DNA of 64,000 nucleotides from Tepidisphaera sp. (GTDB lineage Bacteria; Planctomycetota; Phycisphaerae; Phycisphaerales; UBA1924): NCBI GenBank assembly GCA_050916045.1, contig CP051526.1, positions 3,168,001 to 3,232,000 of the forward strand, read 5' to 3'. Shown piece by piece: positions 1 to 8,854 of this stretch (position 1 is its first letter; each line of letters starts with the position of its first letter). The notes under the pieces were generated by a model. It saw only the letters and a program-made list of their open reading frames with translations, ran no database searches and was not told where the DNA came from. The position numbers and the translations under genes were made by a program.

Positions 1-440
1 GTCGTCTGCCCGTGCTCATCGCGCCCGAGGAACCCCGGCACCACGATCACCGGACGACGCGCAAGCGTCCGGTGCACCGCCCCGCGATCAAGGCCCGTCG
101 CTCGCGAGTCAAGCGTCGGACCCTCGGTCGAAAGGCCGATCGCCGCCGCGTCGAGCGTCGCCGCTTTCACCCCCGCTTTCGCAAGCGTGAGGCCCAGCAG
201 CGCGGCCGTCGTGGCTTCGCCCGTCGCAAGCAGCGCGGCCGTCGCGACCTCGTCCTGCTCAGGCCCGTAGGTCTCCGCGTGAGCGAGCAGACGGTCCGTC
301 GTGTCCCCCAGCGCGGAAACCACCGCGATCACCCGGTGCCCGCGGTTCAGCCAGTAGCTGATCTCGCGCACCGCGACCGGGAGGTGCTGCTCCGTGGGAA
401 GCACGGAGGAGCCGAACTTCAAAACCGTGAGCGAATTCAC
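1..440 (-). CDS. Aspartate kinase family protein (amino-acid kinase domain), 5' part only; runs off the window start
   Basis: Not in the ORF track because it has no stop in the window. GTG at 440 overlaps the upstream stop (GTGA). Translation MNSLTVLKFGSSVLPTEQHLPVAVREISYWLNRGHRVIAVVSALGDTTDRLL...LLATGEATTAALL...VIVVPGFLGRDEHGQTT carries the aspartokinase KFG, VVSA-GDTTD, GE and VPGF motifs. Confidence 0.88.
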   Translation of the reverse strand, partial: MNSLTVLKFGSSVLPTEQHLPVAVREISYWLNRGHRVIAVVSALGDTTDRLLAHAETYGPEQDEVATAALLATGEATTAALLGLTLAKAGVKAATLDAAAIGLSTEGPTLDSRATGLDRGAVHRTLARRPVIVVPGFLGRDEHGQT

Positions 441-1651
441 CACGCCGCACCCCCCACCGTCGCGCGAGCGGCCGGCTTGGCCGACGCCTTGCCGACATTG
501 CCCAAAGCCTGCTCGAGATCGGCGATGAGGTCCGCCGGCGATTCGAGGCCCACCGAGAGGCGGATGAGACCGTCCGTGATGCCGATCGCCAGCCGCTCCT
601 CGCGCGGCACGCTGCCATGCGTCATCGTGACCGGGTGCGTGATCAAGCTCTCGACCGCTCCCAGACTCTCGGCCAAGCTGATGAGCTTGACCGAGTTGAG
701 CACACGCACGCTCGCGTCCACGCCCCCGTGAACCTCAAACGCGATGATCCCCGCGTGAAGCGTGTGCTGACGCGTGGCCAGTTCGTGCTGCGGGAAGGAC
801 CTTAGACCCGGGAACCACACCCGCTCGACCGCCGGGTGCTTCTCAAGCCACTCCGCGACAACCTGCGCGCTCTCCGAGTGCTGCTTCAGCCTGCACGGAA
901 GCGTCTTGATCCCGCGGAGCGTCAGCCACGCATCCTGCGGAGCTTGAATGCTCCCGACCGACTTGCGGATGAACCGGAACCGCTCAAGAAGCGTCTCGTC
1001 GCGGGACGTCAAAGCGCCCCCGACCGTCGCATTGTGCCCCTCGATGTACTTGGTCGTCGAATACACGGAGACATCAGCGCCAAGCTCAAGCGGACGCAGG
1101 CCCACCGGCGTCAGGAACGTGTTGTCCACCGCAAGCGTGATCTTGCTCGGCTTGGTGATCGCCGCGATCGCCGCAATGTCGGTGAGCTTGAGCGTCGGGT
1201 TCCCCGGCGTCTCGATGAGGACAAGCTTCGTGCTCGGCCGGATCGCCTGTCGCACCGCTTCGGGACGGCTGCTGTCCACGAACGAGGACTCGATGCCAAG
1301 CCCAGACAGAACCTCGCGGAGCAACCGGTACGTCCCGCCGTAAATCACATCCGAACAGATCACATGGTCGCCGGACTTGAGCAACGCGAGGAAGAGCGTG
1401 TGGATCGCGGCCAGACCGGTCGAGAAACAGACCGACGCCGGACACCCTTCCAAGCTCCCGAGGTTGGCTTCCAGCGCCGACACCGTCGGGTTGCTGGCGC
1501 GGCTGTACGTGTGCCCCTTGTGCTGCCCGATCGCCTCCTGCACATACGTGGCGGTCTGGTAGATCGGGGTGAGGATCGCGCCGGTGGCGGGGTCGGGTGC
1601 GAGGCCGCCGCGGACGCAGCGCGTGAGGAGGTCGGTCTTCTGGGTCGACAT
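437..1651 (-). CDS. PLP-dependent trans-sulfuration enzyme (cystathionine gamma-synthase/gamma-lyase, MetB/MetC family)
   Basis: YSRASNPT, ETPGNP, VDNTF, STTKYIEGH (PLP lysine), SLGAVESLITHP and RLSVGLE motifs. Start placed at ATG 1651 (MSTQKT). Confidence 0.93.
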   Translation of the reverse strand: MSTQKTDLLTRCVRGGLAPDPATGAILTPIYQTATYVQEAIGQHKGHTYSRASNPTVSALEANLGSLEGCPASVCFSTGLAAIHTLFLALLKSGDHVICSDVIYGGTYRLLREVLSGLGIESSFVDSSRPEAVRQAIRPSTKLVLIETPGNPTLKLTDIAAIAAITKPSKITLAVDNTFLTPVGLRPLELGADVSVYSTTKYIEGHNATVGGALTSRDETLLERFRFIRKSVGSIQAPQDAWLTLRGIKTLPCRLKQHSESAQVVAEWLEKHPAVERVWFPGLRSFPQHELATRQHTLHAGIIAFEVHGGVDASVRVLNSVKLISLAESLGAVESLITHPVTMTHGSVPREERLAIGITDGLIRLSVGLESPADLIADLEQALGNVGKASAKPAARATVGGAAW

Positions 1652-1761
1652 GGTGTGGGGCCCGAACACGCGAGCGTGCGATCAACGATCGCCGCCGCGG
1701 TTTACCTGTTGAGTTCTGCTGGGAACGATGACGGAAACGACAAGGGCCGCGAGGGAGAGGT

Positions 1762-1852
1762 GCCCCCGAGGCCGGCGTTCTTGGTCATCTGTGAGGAGGA
1801 AGGCCGCGGAGCCTGCTCAAGCCGCACAAACGCACACGCCAGCCCCGGGGGC
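1762..1852 (-). promoter_or_regulatory. Putative attenuator helix in the met leader RNA
   Basis: mRNA arm GCCCCCGGGGCUGGCGU (1836-1852) pairs over 17 bp with ACGCCGGCCUCGGGGGC (1762-1778). The two non-Watson-Crick positions are G-U wobbles on this strand. Confidence 0.65.
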
Positions 1853-1897
1853 TCGCATAACCATGTGCATTCGGCGTTTCATCGAACAGATCGTCAC
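1817..1897 (-). CDS. Putative Met/Cys-rich leader peptide, 26 aa (MTICSMKRRMHMVMRAPGAGVCVCAA)
   Basis: GTG start 6 nt after AGGAG (1904-1908), just downstream of a promoter. Four internal Met and three Cys codons, upstream of a methionine/cysteine pathway operon. Confidence 0.72.
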   Translation of the reverse strand: MTICSMKRRMHMVMRAPGAGVCVCAA

Positions 1898-1916
1898 GCG
1901 GATCTCCTGAGCGAAG

Positions 1917-1945
1917 AAGGTAGAAGGGGCTCCCGCTCTGGTCAA
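1917..1945 (-). promoter_or_regulatory. sigma70-type promoter for the leader/met operon
   Basis: -35 TTGACC (1940-1945), 17-nt spacer, -10 TACCTT (1917-1922). Confidence 0.7.
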
Positions 1946-1952
1946 GCTCTTC

Positions 1953-1970
1953 TATCCGAAAAACCGGATA
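1953..1970. promoter_or_regulatory. Palindromic operator candidate TATCCG-N6-CGGATA
   Basis: Perfect 6-bp inverted repeat just upstream of the -35 box, between divergent genes. Confidence 0.5.
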
Positions 1971-2011
1971 TAGGGCTGAAACGCCCGCCGGCCCGTCGAT
2001 ACCCTTCCCCC

Positions 2012-2569
2012 ATGGGCACCGCGCCGTCATCCCCACCCCCTCGCGTCAAACTCGTCCTTCCCACCGGACGCGACAAAGGCGAGTACCTCCGCGTTCGCGA
2101 GGACTCAGCCCACTGGCTTGAGCCCTGGGAGCCGCTCCTTCCCGGTGGCCGAAGCCCCATCGACGACGAAGCCTTCGACCGCTTCCACAAGTCGTCCGAA
2201 ACCGAGACAAGCCGGCGGTTCCTCGTCAAACTCGCCGGCAAGGACACCCCGATCGTCGGCCAGATCAGCATCAACAACATCATCCGCGGGCCGTTTCTCT
2301 CCGCCACCCTCGGATACTGGATCGCCAAGCCCCACGCCGGCCAGGGGCTGATGTCCGAAGCCCTGCGCCTCGCCGTCACCCACGCCTTCACCGACCTCGC
2401 CCTGCACCGCGTGGAAGCCAACATCATCCCGCGAAACGCAGCCTCCATCGGGCTGGTCAAAAAGCTCGGCTTTCGCCACGAGGGAACGGCCGAACGCTAC
2501 CTGCGGATCGCCGGCGTCTGGGAAGACCATGAGCGTTGGGGGATGACGGTCGAGCGATGGACCGCCTGA
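2012..2569 (+). CDS. GNAT N-acetyltransferase, RimJ/RimL family
   Basis: C-terminal part of ORF 836..2569: LEPWEP, GYWI, GQGLMSEAL, LHRVEANIIPRNAASIGLVKKLGF, YLRIAGVWEDH. Start ATG 2012. Confidence 0.9.
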   Translation: MGTAPSSPPPRVKLVLPTGRDKGEYLRVREDSAHWLEPWEPLLPGGRSPIDDEAFDRFHKSSETETSRRFLVKLAGKDTPIVGQISINNIIRGPFLSATLGYWIAKPHAGQGLMSEALRLAVTHAFTDLALHRVEANIIPRNAASIGLVKKLGFRHEGTAERYLRIAGVWEDHERWGMTVERWTA

Positions 2570-2609
2570 GGCGGGAGGACCCGAAGGGTCACATCGACCG
2601 CCGCTGAAA

Positions 2610-2693
2610 TGCCCAGGAGAGGACTTGAACCTCCATGCCCTTGCGGGCGCTACCACCTCAAGGTAGTGCGTCTGCCAATTTCGCCACCTGGGC
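2610..2693 (-). tRNA. tRNA-Leu (anticodon GAG)
   Basis: GCCCAGG acceptor stem, D loop TTGGCAGAC, anticodon arm CTACC-TTGAGGT-GGTAG, long variable arm, GGTTCAAGTCC T loop. CCA not encoded. Confidence 0.96.
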
Positions 2694-2820
2694 GGTGGGT
2701 CCCAAACCCGATTGGGTTCAGGGGGAGACAAGGATAGCCGCCTCCCGCCGCAGGTCGAGTCCCCGCCCCAACCACCCCCAACCACCCTCCGCCCGACCCC
2801 ACCCTCCACCGAACACGGGA

Positions 2821-2849
2821 TTGACGCCCGCCGGGCGGTCTGGTAGCGT
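2821..2849 (+). promoter_or_regulatory. sigma70-type promoter of the prepilin-domain gene
   Basis: TTGACG-17 nt-TAGCGT, with ATG 6 nt downstream. Confidence 0.55.
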
Positions 2850-2855
2850 GGAGCC

Positions 2856-3728
2856 ATGCCCCGGGCTTTCACGCTGGTCGAGCTCCTGGTCGTCATCGCG
2901 ATCATCGCGCTGCTCATCGGGCTGCTTCTGCCGGGGCTCGCCAAAGCCCGCAACGCCGCTCGCCTCACCCGATGCCTGGCCAACCAGAAGCAGCTCGCGA
3001 CAGCTTGGCAGATGTACACCGACGACTTCCGCGTCTATCCCACCTCCGATCCGACGCCCGCGCAGCCGATGTGGTGGATGAAGCTCCGCTGGGGCTGGGG
3101 CGGTGCTCACTGGTACGGCTTCGACGAATCCGGTCAGCCGATCGACATGCCCGAAAGCCCCGCGCTGCCCGCTCTGCAAGCCAAGCGGCCGATCAACCAG
3201 TACGTCGGCTCCGCCGATATCGCCGAAGGCTCCGCTCAGCCCTTCCGATGCCCGAGCGATGGAAGGATCGTGAACTCGCGCTCGGGACGCATCGTCGATT
3301 GGTCCGTCTTCGCGCAGTTCAGCCAGAGCGACCTCCGCTTCGACACCGCGTACGGAGCCCTCGGCACCAGCTACGAAGCCAACACCGACCTCTACAAGCT
3401 GCGCGGGACGGGCGGCGGGCCGGATCCCGAGCAGACCGGCTGGTTCCGCCGCACGTTCGGCCCTCGGCATGTGACCGCTCTGCCCTCGCACGTCGTGCTC
3501 CTCGGGGACATCAGCCACGTCGCGGCGGGCCGCTGGTCGCGCCGCGCCCGGTCCAATGCGGACGTCATCGTCGGCTGGTGGCACGGCAAGGACCGCGGCC
3601 CCTACGCGTTCCACGACGGCTCAGCTCGGATGATCTCCCTCGGCGATGATGTCGAACAGGAAGACCCCTCGCTCCCGCCTCTCCGGGCCGAGCCAGGCTT
3701 CACCTACGAGCGGGACGGGCGAAACTGA
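2856..3728 (+). CDS. Prepilin-type N-terminal cleavage/methylation domain protein (DUF1559-like, planctomycete type)
   Basis: [45 protein letters not shown] and C-terminal WH...FHDGSA. Confidence 0.9.
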   Translation: MPRAFTLVELLVVIAIIALLIGLLLPGLAKARNAARLTRCLANQKQLATAWQMYTDDFRVYPTSDPTPAQPMWWMKLRWGWGGAHWYGFDESGQPIDMPESPALPALQAKRPINQYVGSADIAEGSAQPFRCPSDGRIVNSRSGRIVDWSVFAQFSQSDLRFDTAYGALGTSYEANTDLYKLRGTGGGPDPEQTGWFRRTFGPRHVTALPSHVVLLGDISHVAAGRWSRRARSNADVIVGWWHGKDRGPYAFHDGSARMISLGDDVEQEDPSLPPLRAEPGFTYERDGRN

Positions 3729-3752
3729 GCCGCGCAGCCCGTGAATGCGGCT

Positions 3753-4505
3753 TCAGCACCCGGCTTCGAACGCTCCGACGAAATCGTCGTAGTCGAAGAA
3801 ATCCACAAAGCCATCGCCGTTGAAATCCGCCGTGATCCCCGGCGAGCACGTCCCCTCGAAGCACGCGACAAAGTCGCCGTAGTCGAAGAAGTCCAGAAAG
3901 CCGTCTCCGTTGAAGTCCGCCGGGCACGTCCGCTCACGCATCAGCATGTCGTCGACGTAAAAATCGTTGGGGAACGTCGAGGTGTTGAGGTTGCGAACCG
4001 CGACCTCGACCTCCGTCACGCCGGGCGGAGCCGTCCACGCTCACGGGATCCGCACCCACTCGCGTGTCACGGTCGGCAAACTCACCGGCGTCGCCAGCAA
4101 GACCCCGCCGATCTGCCACTGCAGCACCGCGGGCCCGCCCGCCACCGCCGTGCACCCCGACATCGACAGGTCGTACGTCCGCCCCGGGGTCACGGCGACC
4201 CGCTGCCACCAGACGCGCTGATTCGGCACCGTCGAGCCGTTGATCACCATCATCTGCACGCTTCCCGGCGAAGCGGCCGGCGGGTTCACGAACGCCCTGT
4301 TGAACGTCGAGCCGTTCGACCGCACCGTGTACTGCCCCTCGCAGCAATTGCTCCCGCTCGTAAAGCCGTAGTCGGACCCAAACCCCGTGTTGCCGCTCTC
4401 AAACCCAGGGTTCTCGAACAGGTTCTGAGCTCGGCACTCGGACGCGACGCTCGGGATGAGAGCCGCGATGAGAAGCGGAATCTGGACGGGGCGAACGAAT
4501 GCCAT
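3753..4505 (-). pseudogene. Secreted protein with CBM-like domain and C-terminal GC-type dockerin, interrupted by an in-frame TGA at 4041-4043
   Basis: Track ORFs 4041..4628 and 3753..4019 are in the same frame (..WVRIP*AWTAPPGVTEVEV..). AAGGAG SD and ATG at 4505, signal peptide, ends CPADFNGDGFLDFFDY...FEAGC. Confidence 0.7.
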
Positions 4506-4591
4506 GACAGTCTCCTTGCAATTGCGGCCACGAAACCCGCTCAGTTTACAGGCGGGGAGCCCGCCAACCAAGATCATTTCGAACGGTGGCC

Positions 4592-4906
4592 TCAGGAACC
4601 ACTCACATCGATCCGCTCCGCCGTGCACACAAGCCGGAACCGCCCCGACGGACTCGCAAGCCGAAGCTCGCCGCCGCCAAAGAGCGTCACCGGCACCCGG
4701 ACCCCCGCAAGCGGCCCGATCCCCGCCGCTCCGTCATCCTCGGCTTCCCCATCCCACGGATCCCCCGTCGAAGCGCTCCGCGCAACCCGCGAGCCATCGC
4801 TCACGCGGTACACCGCCCGCCCGTTGTGCGTGACCACCAGCAGCAGCTCCTCCGCCGCATCAAACCCCACCGCGAGCAAGCCGCCGACCTTGATCACCGT
4901 TGACAT
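4592..4906 (-). CDS. Hypothetical protein, 104 aa, paralogue of 7163..7480
   Basis: ATG preceded by a TACGCT -10. Shares GG-x3-GFD, LLVV-H-GR, RVAR, GIGPL-G and SPS motifs with 7163..7480. Confidence 0.7.
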   Translation of the reverse strand: MSTVIKVGGLLAVGFDAAEELLLVVTHNGRAVYRVSDGSRVARSASTGDPWDGEAEDDGAAGIGPLAGVRVPVTLFGGGELRLASPSGRFRLVCTAERIDVSGS

Positions 4907-4939
4907 CCGGGAGCGTAGGAATCTGGATGGTCGCGGTGT

Positions 4940-5872
4940 TCAACGTCGTGGACCTCGCACCTCGAGAAGTCGATTCGATATCGGGTGTTCTTCCAGCGGC
5001 TCCGACATAGGAATGATCGGGGATGGAGGGTGCGGGGCGTTTGTGGTGGTTTGGCGCGGTTGCGAGGTCCCGTTGCGTTCCTTACGGCAGGTTTCCGCAG
5101 TCCGGGCCACGGGTGCTGTGATGGGAGCGACCGCTCGCGCGGTCGTCTCTTTGGATGCGGACGGCGTCTGGTTGTCGGCTTTGCGGGCGATTTCGGCGCT
5201 CGTGGCGGGTTGGAGGTCCAACGAAGACCCCTCACCGTCCATCGGGGACGTCTCCCCGTTCAAGGCGACGGGGACAGCGAGGGGGAACTTCGGGGCGACA
5301 CGCCCCGGCTCGCGGTTGGGCGCGGTGGGTGTGATTGGGGCGCTCTTGGGAGGGTGGGGGTCCACCGAAGACCCCTCACCGCCCTTCGGGCACCTCTCCC
5401 CGTTCAGAGCAACGGGGAAAGGGAGGGGGGCGACCGCTTGCGCGGTCGTCTCTTTGGGGGTGGGTGCACTGTCGACGGATTGCAGGGCTGCGGCGAGGTC
5501 CCTCGCACCCCCTCCGGCCTCGCGGACTCGGCCACCTCCCCCGGCGAGGCCGGGGGAGGAATTTCTTGTCATATCTCTGGTGAGTCTGGCGAGGGCGGTG
5601 GCGGCGCGGCGGGATTCGACAAGAGAGTTTGACTCGAACATGGATTTGCTGAGCATCTCGGCTGCGTTCTGCATGTGCATCGAGGCCAGGATGCGGCGGC
5701 GGCGCGTGAGAAGGGCTTCGTGCGCGTCCATCGTGGCAATGACGACTGGGTCGGCGACGAAGTCACGGAGCTGCGCGGGTGAGAGTTTGTGCTTGAAGAG
5801 GACCATTTCAAGGTCCCCGTGTTCCTCGAGCCAGGTGGCGAGAATCTCGTCGTGCGTGGACGGTACGGCCAT
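4940..5872 (-). CDS. Hypothetical protein: helical N-terminus plus low-complexity C-terminal tail containing in-frame palindromic repeats
   Basis: ATG 5872 after a purine-rich SD. Plausible N-terminal ~100 aa (..ESRRAATALARL). The tail is built from repeated DNA elements. Confidence 0.55.
   Translation of the reverse strand: MAVPSTHDEILATWLEEHGDLEMVLFKHKLSPAQLRDFVADPVVIATMDAHEALLTRRRRILASMHMQNAAEMLSKSMFESNSLVESRRAATALARLTRDMTRNSSPGLAGGGGRVREAGGGARDLAAALQSVDSAPTPKETTAQAVAPLPFPVALNGERCPKGGEGSSVDPHPPKSAPITPTAPNREPGRVAPKFPLAVPVALNGETSPMDGEGSSLDLQPATSAEIARKADNQTPSASKETTARAVAPITAPVARTAETCRKERNGTSQPRQTTTNAPHPPSPIIPMSEPLEEHPISNRLLEVRGPRR
5223..5560. repeat. REP-like palindromic elements, GAAGACCCCTCA...CTCCCCG...CGGGGA family (5223-5288, 5367-5430, related 5507-5560)
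   Basis: Two near-identical double-hairpin units plus a related one. A further copy lies in reverse orientation at 7058-7118. Confidence 0.75.
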
Positions 5873-5971
5873 GTGTGCCCCCTTTCCCGCGGAGAGAAGG
5901 CGCGGGGAGGGGATTTTCTTTCGGGAAAGCGGTAGGCAAGAGAGGTTTGGCGCGGTGTGCGCACGGGAGCG

Positions 5972-6056
5972 CCATCGAAGTCGCTTCGACTTCGATGGTT
6001 GGTGGTGCAGTGGAGGTCCACACATCGAAGCCTCTGATCGCACTTCGATGGCACAG
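5972..6056. repeat. REP-like hairpin doublet CCATCGAAG...CTTCGATGG
   Basis: Hairpins at 5972-5998 and 6023-6056, the second with a TGGCAC tail. Confidence 0.6.
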
Positions 6057-6168
6057 TGCGGATCTAATTGAATGGCACCACTCCGTCGTCAGGCTGGGAG
6101 ATCATCCACCAACCCGCGGAGAAACAGAGCGCCGGTGGCACAGCTTTTGTACCCGCTGCCCATAGTAC

Positions 6169-6927
6169 TCAACGCCTAAGGCGTCCTCCTGCTTCATCGG
6201 TTTGAGAGGATTGACATCCGATCAAGCCGGATGAGAGTGACTGTTCGATCATTGAATCGCGTCCGGTGCGAGATTCACCCAAAGCACATGTAATGGTCAG
6301 AATCCACAGGCAGCTAAGGGCGGCAGGAAGTACGTGCCTCTGCAAGAGGCTCCCGGTTGGAAACTTGAGGCTGCCGCCGTTCTTGAGAGCGAGATGTACG
6401 CGATCAAGGCGTGCCAAGACGAATAGAGTAAGATCGGTTCGTCTGCCAATGACGAGCACAGCACTCGCCGAAACCAGATTCAGGACGAGCCCCGCCAAGC
6501 AGAAAAGAACTACCGCAGTGAGATTCTTGTCCCATATTTCCGCTACACCGGCAAGGGTCGCAGCCTGTGCCACAAGAGAGAGATTCATCCGCTGATGCAT
6601 GATGTTGTCCGCGTGATCGAACCTCTTCCGGTACTCGTCCGTGCATCGATCTATCTCGTCCGGATCTGGAAGTCGTTTGATTGCGGCAGCGCGGTTCTTC
6701 GCTGCAGTTCGAACGTCGCAGCGTTGAGTGCTTTTGAACCACAAATGAACGACCGCATGAATGGAGACCGCAGAGATTGTGCCTAGCACGAGCAGAAGCA
6801 CCTCCCGCTCCGGCTGACTTGCCGAGATCAGTACACCGCCATACCCGATCATCAGACAAAGCAGCACGAATCCTGCGATGGCCATAACGACTGAAGGCGA
6901 CTTTGGCAAGTCTGTACTGTTGCGCAT
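6169..6927 (-). CDS. Membrane protein, lower GC, with RipA/8xMP-like C-terminal region
   Basis: Part of ORF 6169..7386 from ATG 6927. Two N-terminal TM helices, then EYRKRFDHADNIMHQRMNLSLVAQAATL and about 3 more hydrophobic segments. Family call by eye. Confidence 0.55.
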   Translation of the reverse strand: MRNSTDLPKSPSVVMAIAGFVLLCLMIGYGGVLISASQPEREVLLLVLGTISAVSIHAVVHLWFKSTQRCDVRTAAKNRAAAIKRLPDPDEIDRCTDEYRKRFDHADNIMHQRMNLSLVAQAATLAGVAEIWDKNLTAVVLFCLAGLVLNLVSASAVLVIGRRTDLTLFVLARLDRVHLALKNGGSLKFPTGSLLQRHVLPAALSCLWILTITCALGESRTGRDSMIEQSLSSGLIGCQSSQTDEAGGRLRR

Positions 6928-7057
6928 ATCGCACAGCTTACATGCTTTCGAGGGTCCACGATCGCCCGGCGTTTCCGAAGGGTTGCCCCCGTCCCACGGG
7001 CGACCGGTCCTTTGGGCTGAAGAAGCGTGAAGTGCAGCGATGAAAAGGGGAACGCAT

Positions 7058-7118
7058 CCTTCTCCCCGTCGCTTCGACCGAAAGAAGGTCCCGCGCCAGC
7101 GGGGGATGAGGGGTCTTC
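7058..7118 (-). repeat. REP-like element of the GAAGACCCCTCA family
   Basis: Reverse complement reads GAAGACCCCTCATCCCCCGCTGGCGCGGGACCTTCTTTCGGTCGAAGCGACGGGGAGAAGG, matching the layout of the 5223 and 5367 copies. Confidence 0.65.
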
Positions 7119-7162
7119 GAATGTTCACCGGCGAGACTGTGCCACCCCGTCGTGGAATCCCC

Positions 7163-7480
7163 TCAAGGCCACTCGACTTCTTGATGCTCGATTTCAACGG
7201 TTCCCGAATCGTAGAAAAGCACGATGCGGGCCGACGGGCTGGTGACCCGCGTGTCATTCTCGACGGGTTGCACGGCGACCTTTTGTCCGTCCAGGGGCCC
7301 GATCCCCATCGAAACATCGCCGTCCGGGTAGACGACTTCGTAGTCGCGAGCGACGCGCACCCAATCACGGGTGGTGAACATGCCACGGCCCGCGTGACTC
7401 ACGACCAGCATGTGCTCCTCGGAAGCATCGAATCCGATCGCAACCACGCCCCCGATGTGCAAGAACTTTCGAGCCACCAC
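7163..7480 (-). CDS. Hypothetical protein, 105 aa, paralogue of 4592..4906
   Basis: GTG directly after the accC stop. Motif conservation with 4592..4906. Confidence 0.7.
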   Translation of the reverse strand: MVARKFLHIGGVVAIGFDASEEHMLVVSHAGRGMFTTRDWVRVARDYEVVYPDGDVSMGIGPLDGQKVAVQPVENDTRVTSPSARIVLFYDSGTVEIEHQEVEWP

Positions 7481-8836
<1,356 letters not shown>

Positions 8837-8854
8837 TCGCACTCCGAAGAAAAC

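Noticed and set aside
12..731. Arg-rich 239-aa ORF on + that looks like a protamine/nucleoid protein
   Set aside because: It is the antisense shadow of the aspartokinase and trans-sulfuration genes on the minus strand.
1660..1915. SAM riboswitch or T-box upstream of the met operon
   Set aside because: I could not find the SAM-I core (AUC..GAG...GCAACC...GUGC) or a T-box motif. The leader ORF explains the region better. An Rfam scan is still needed.
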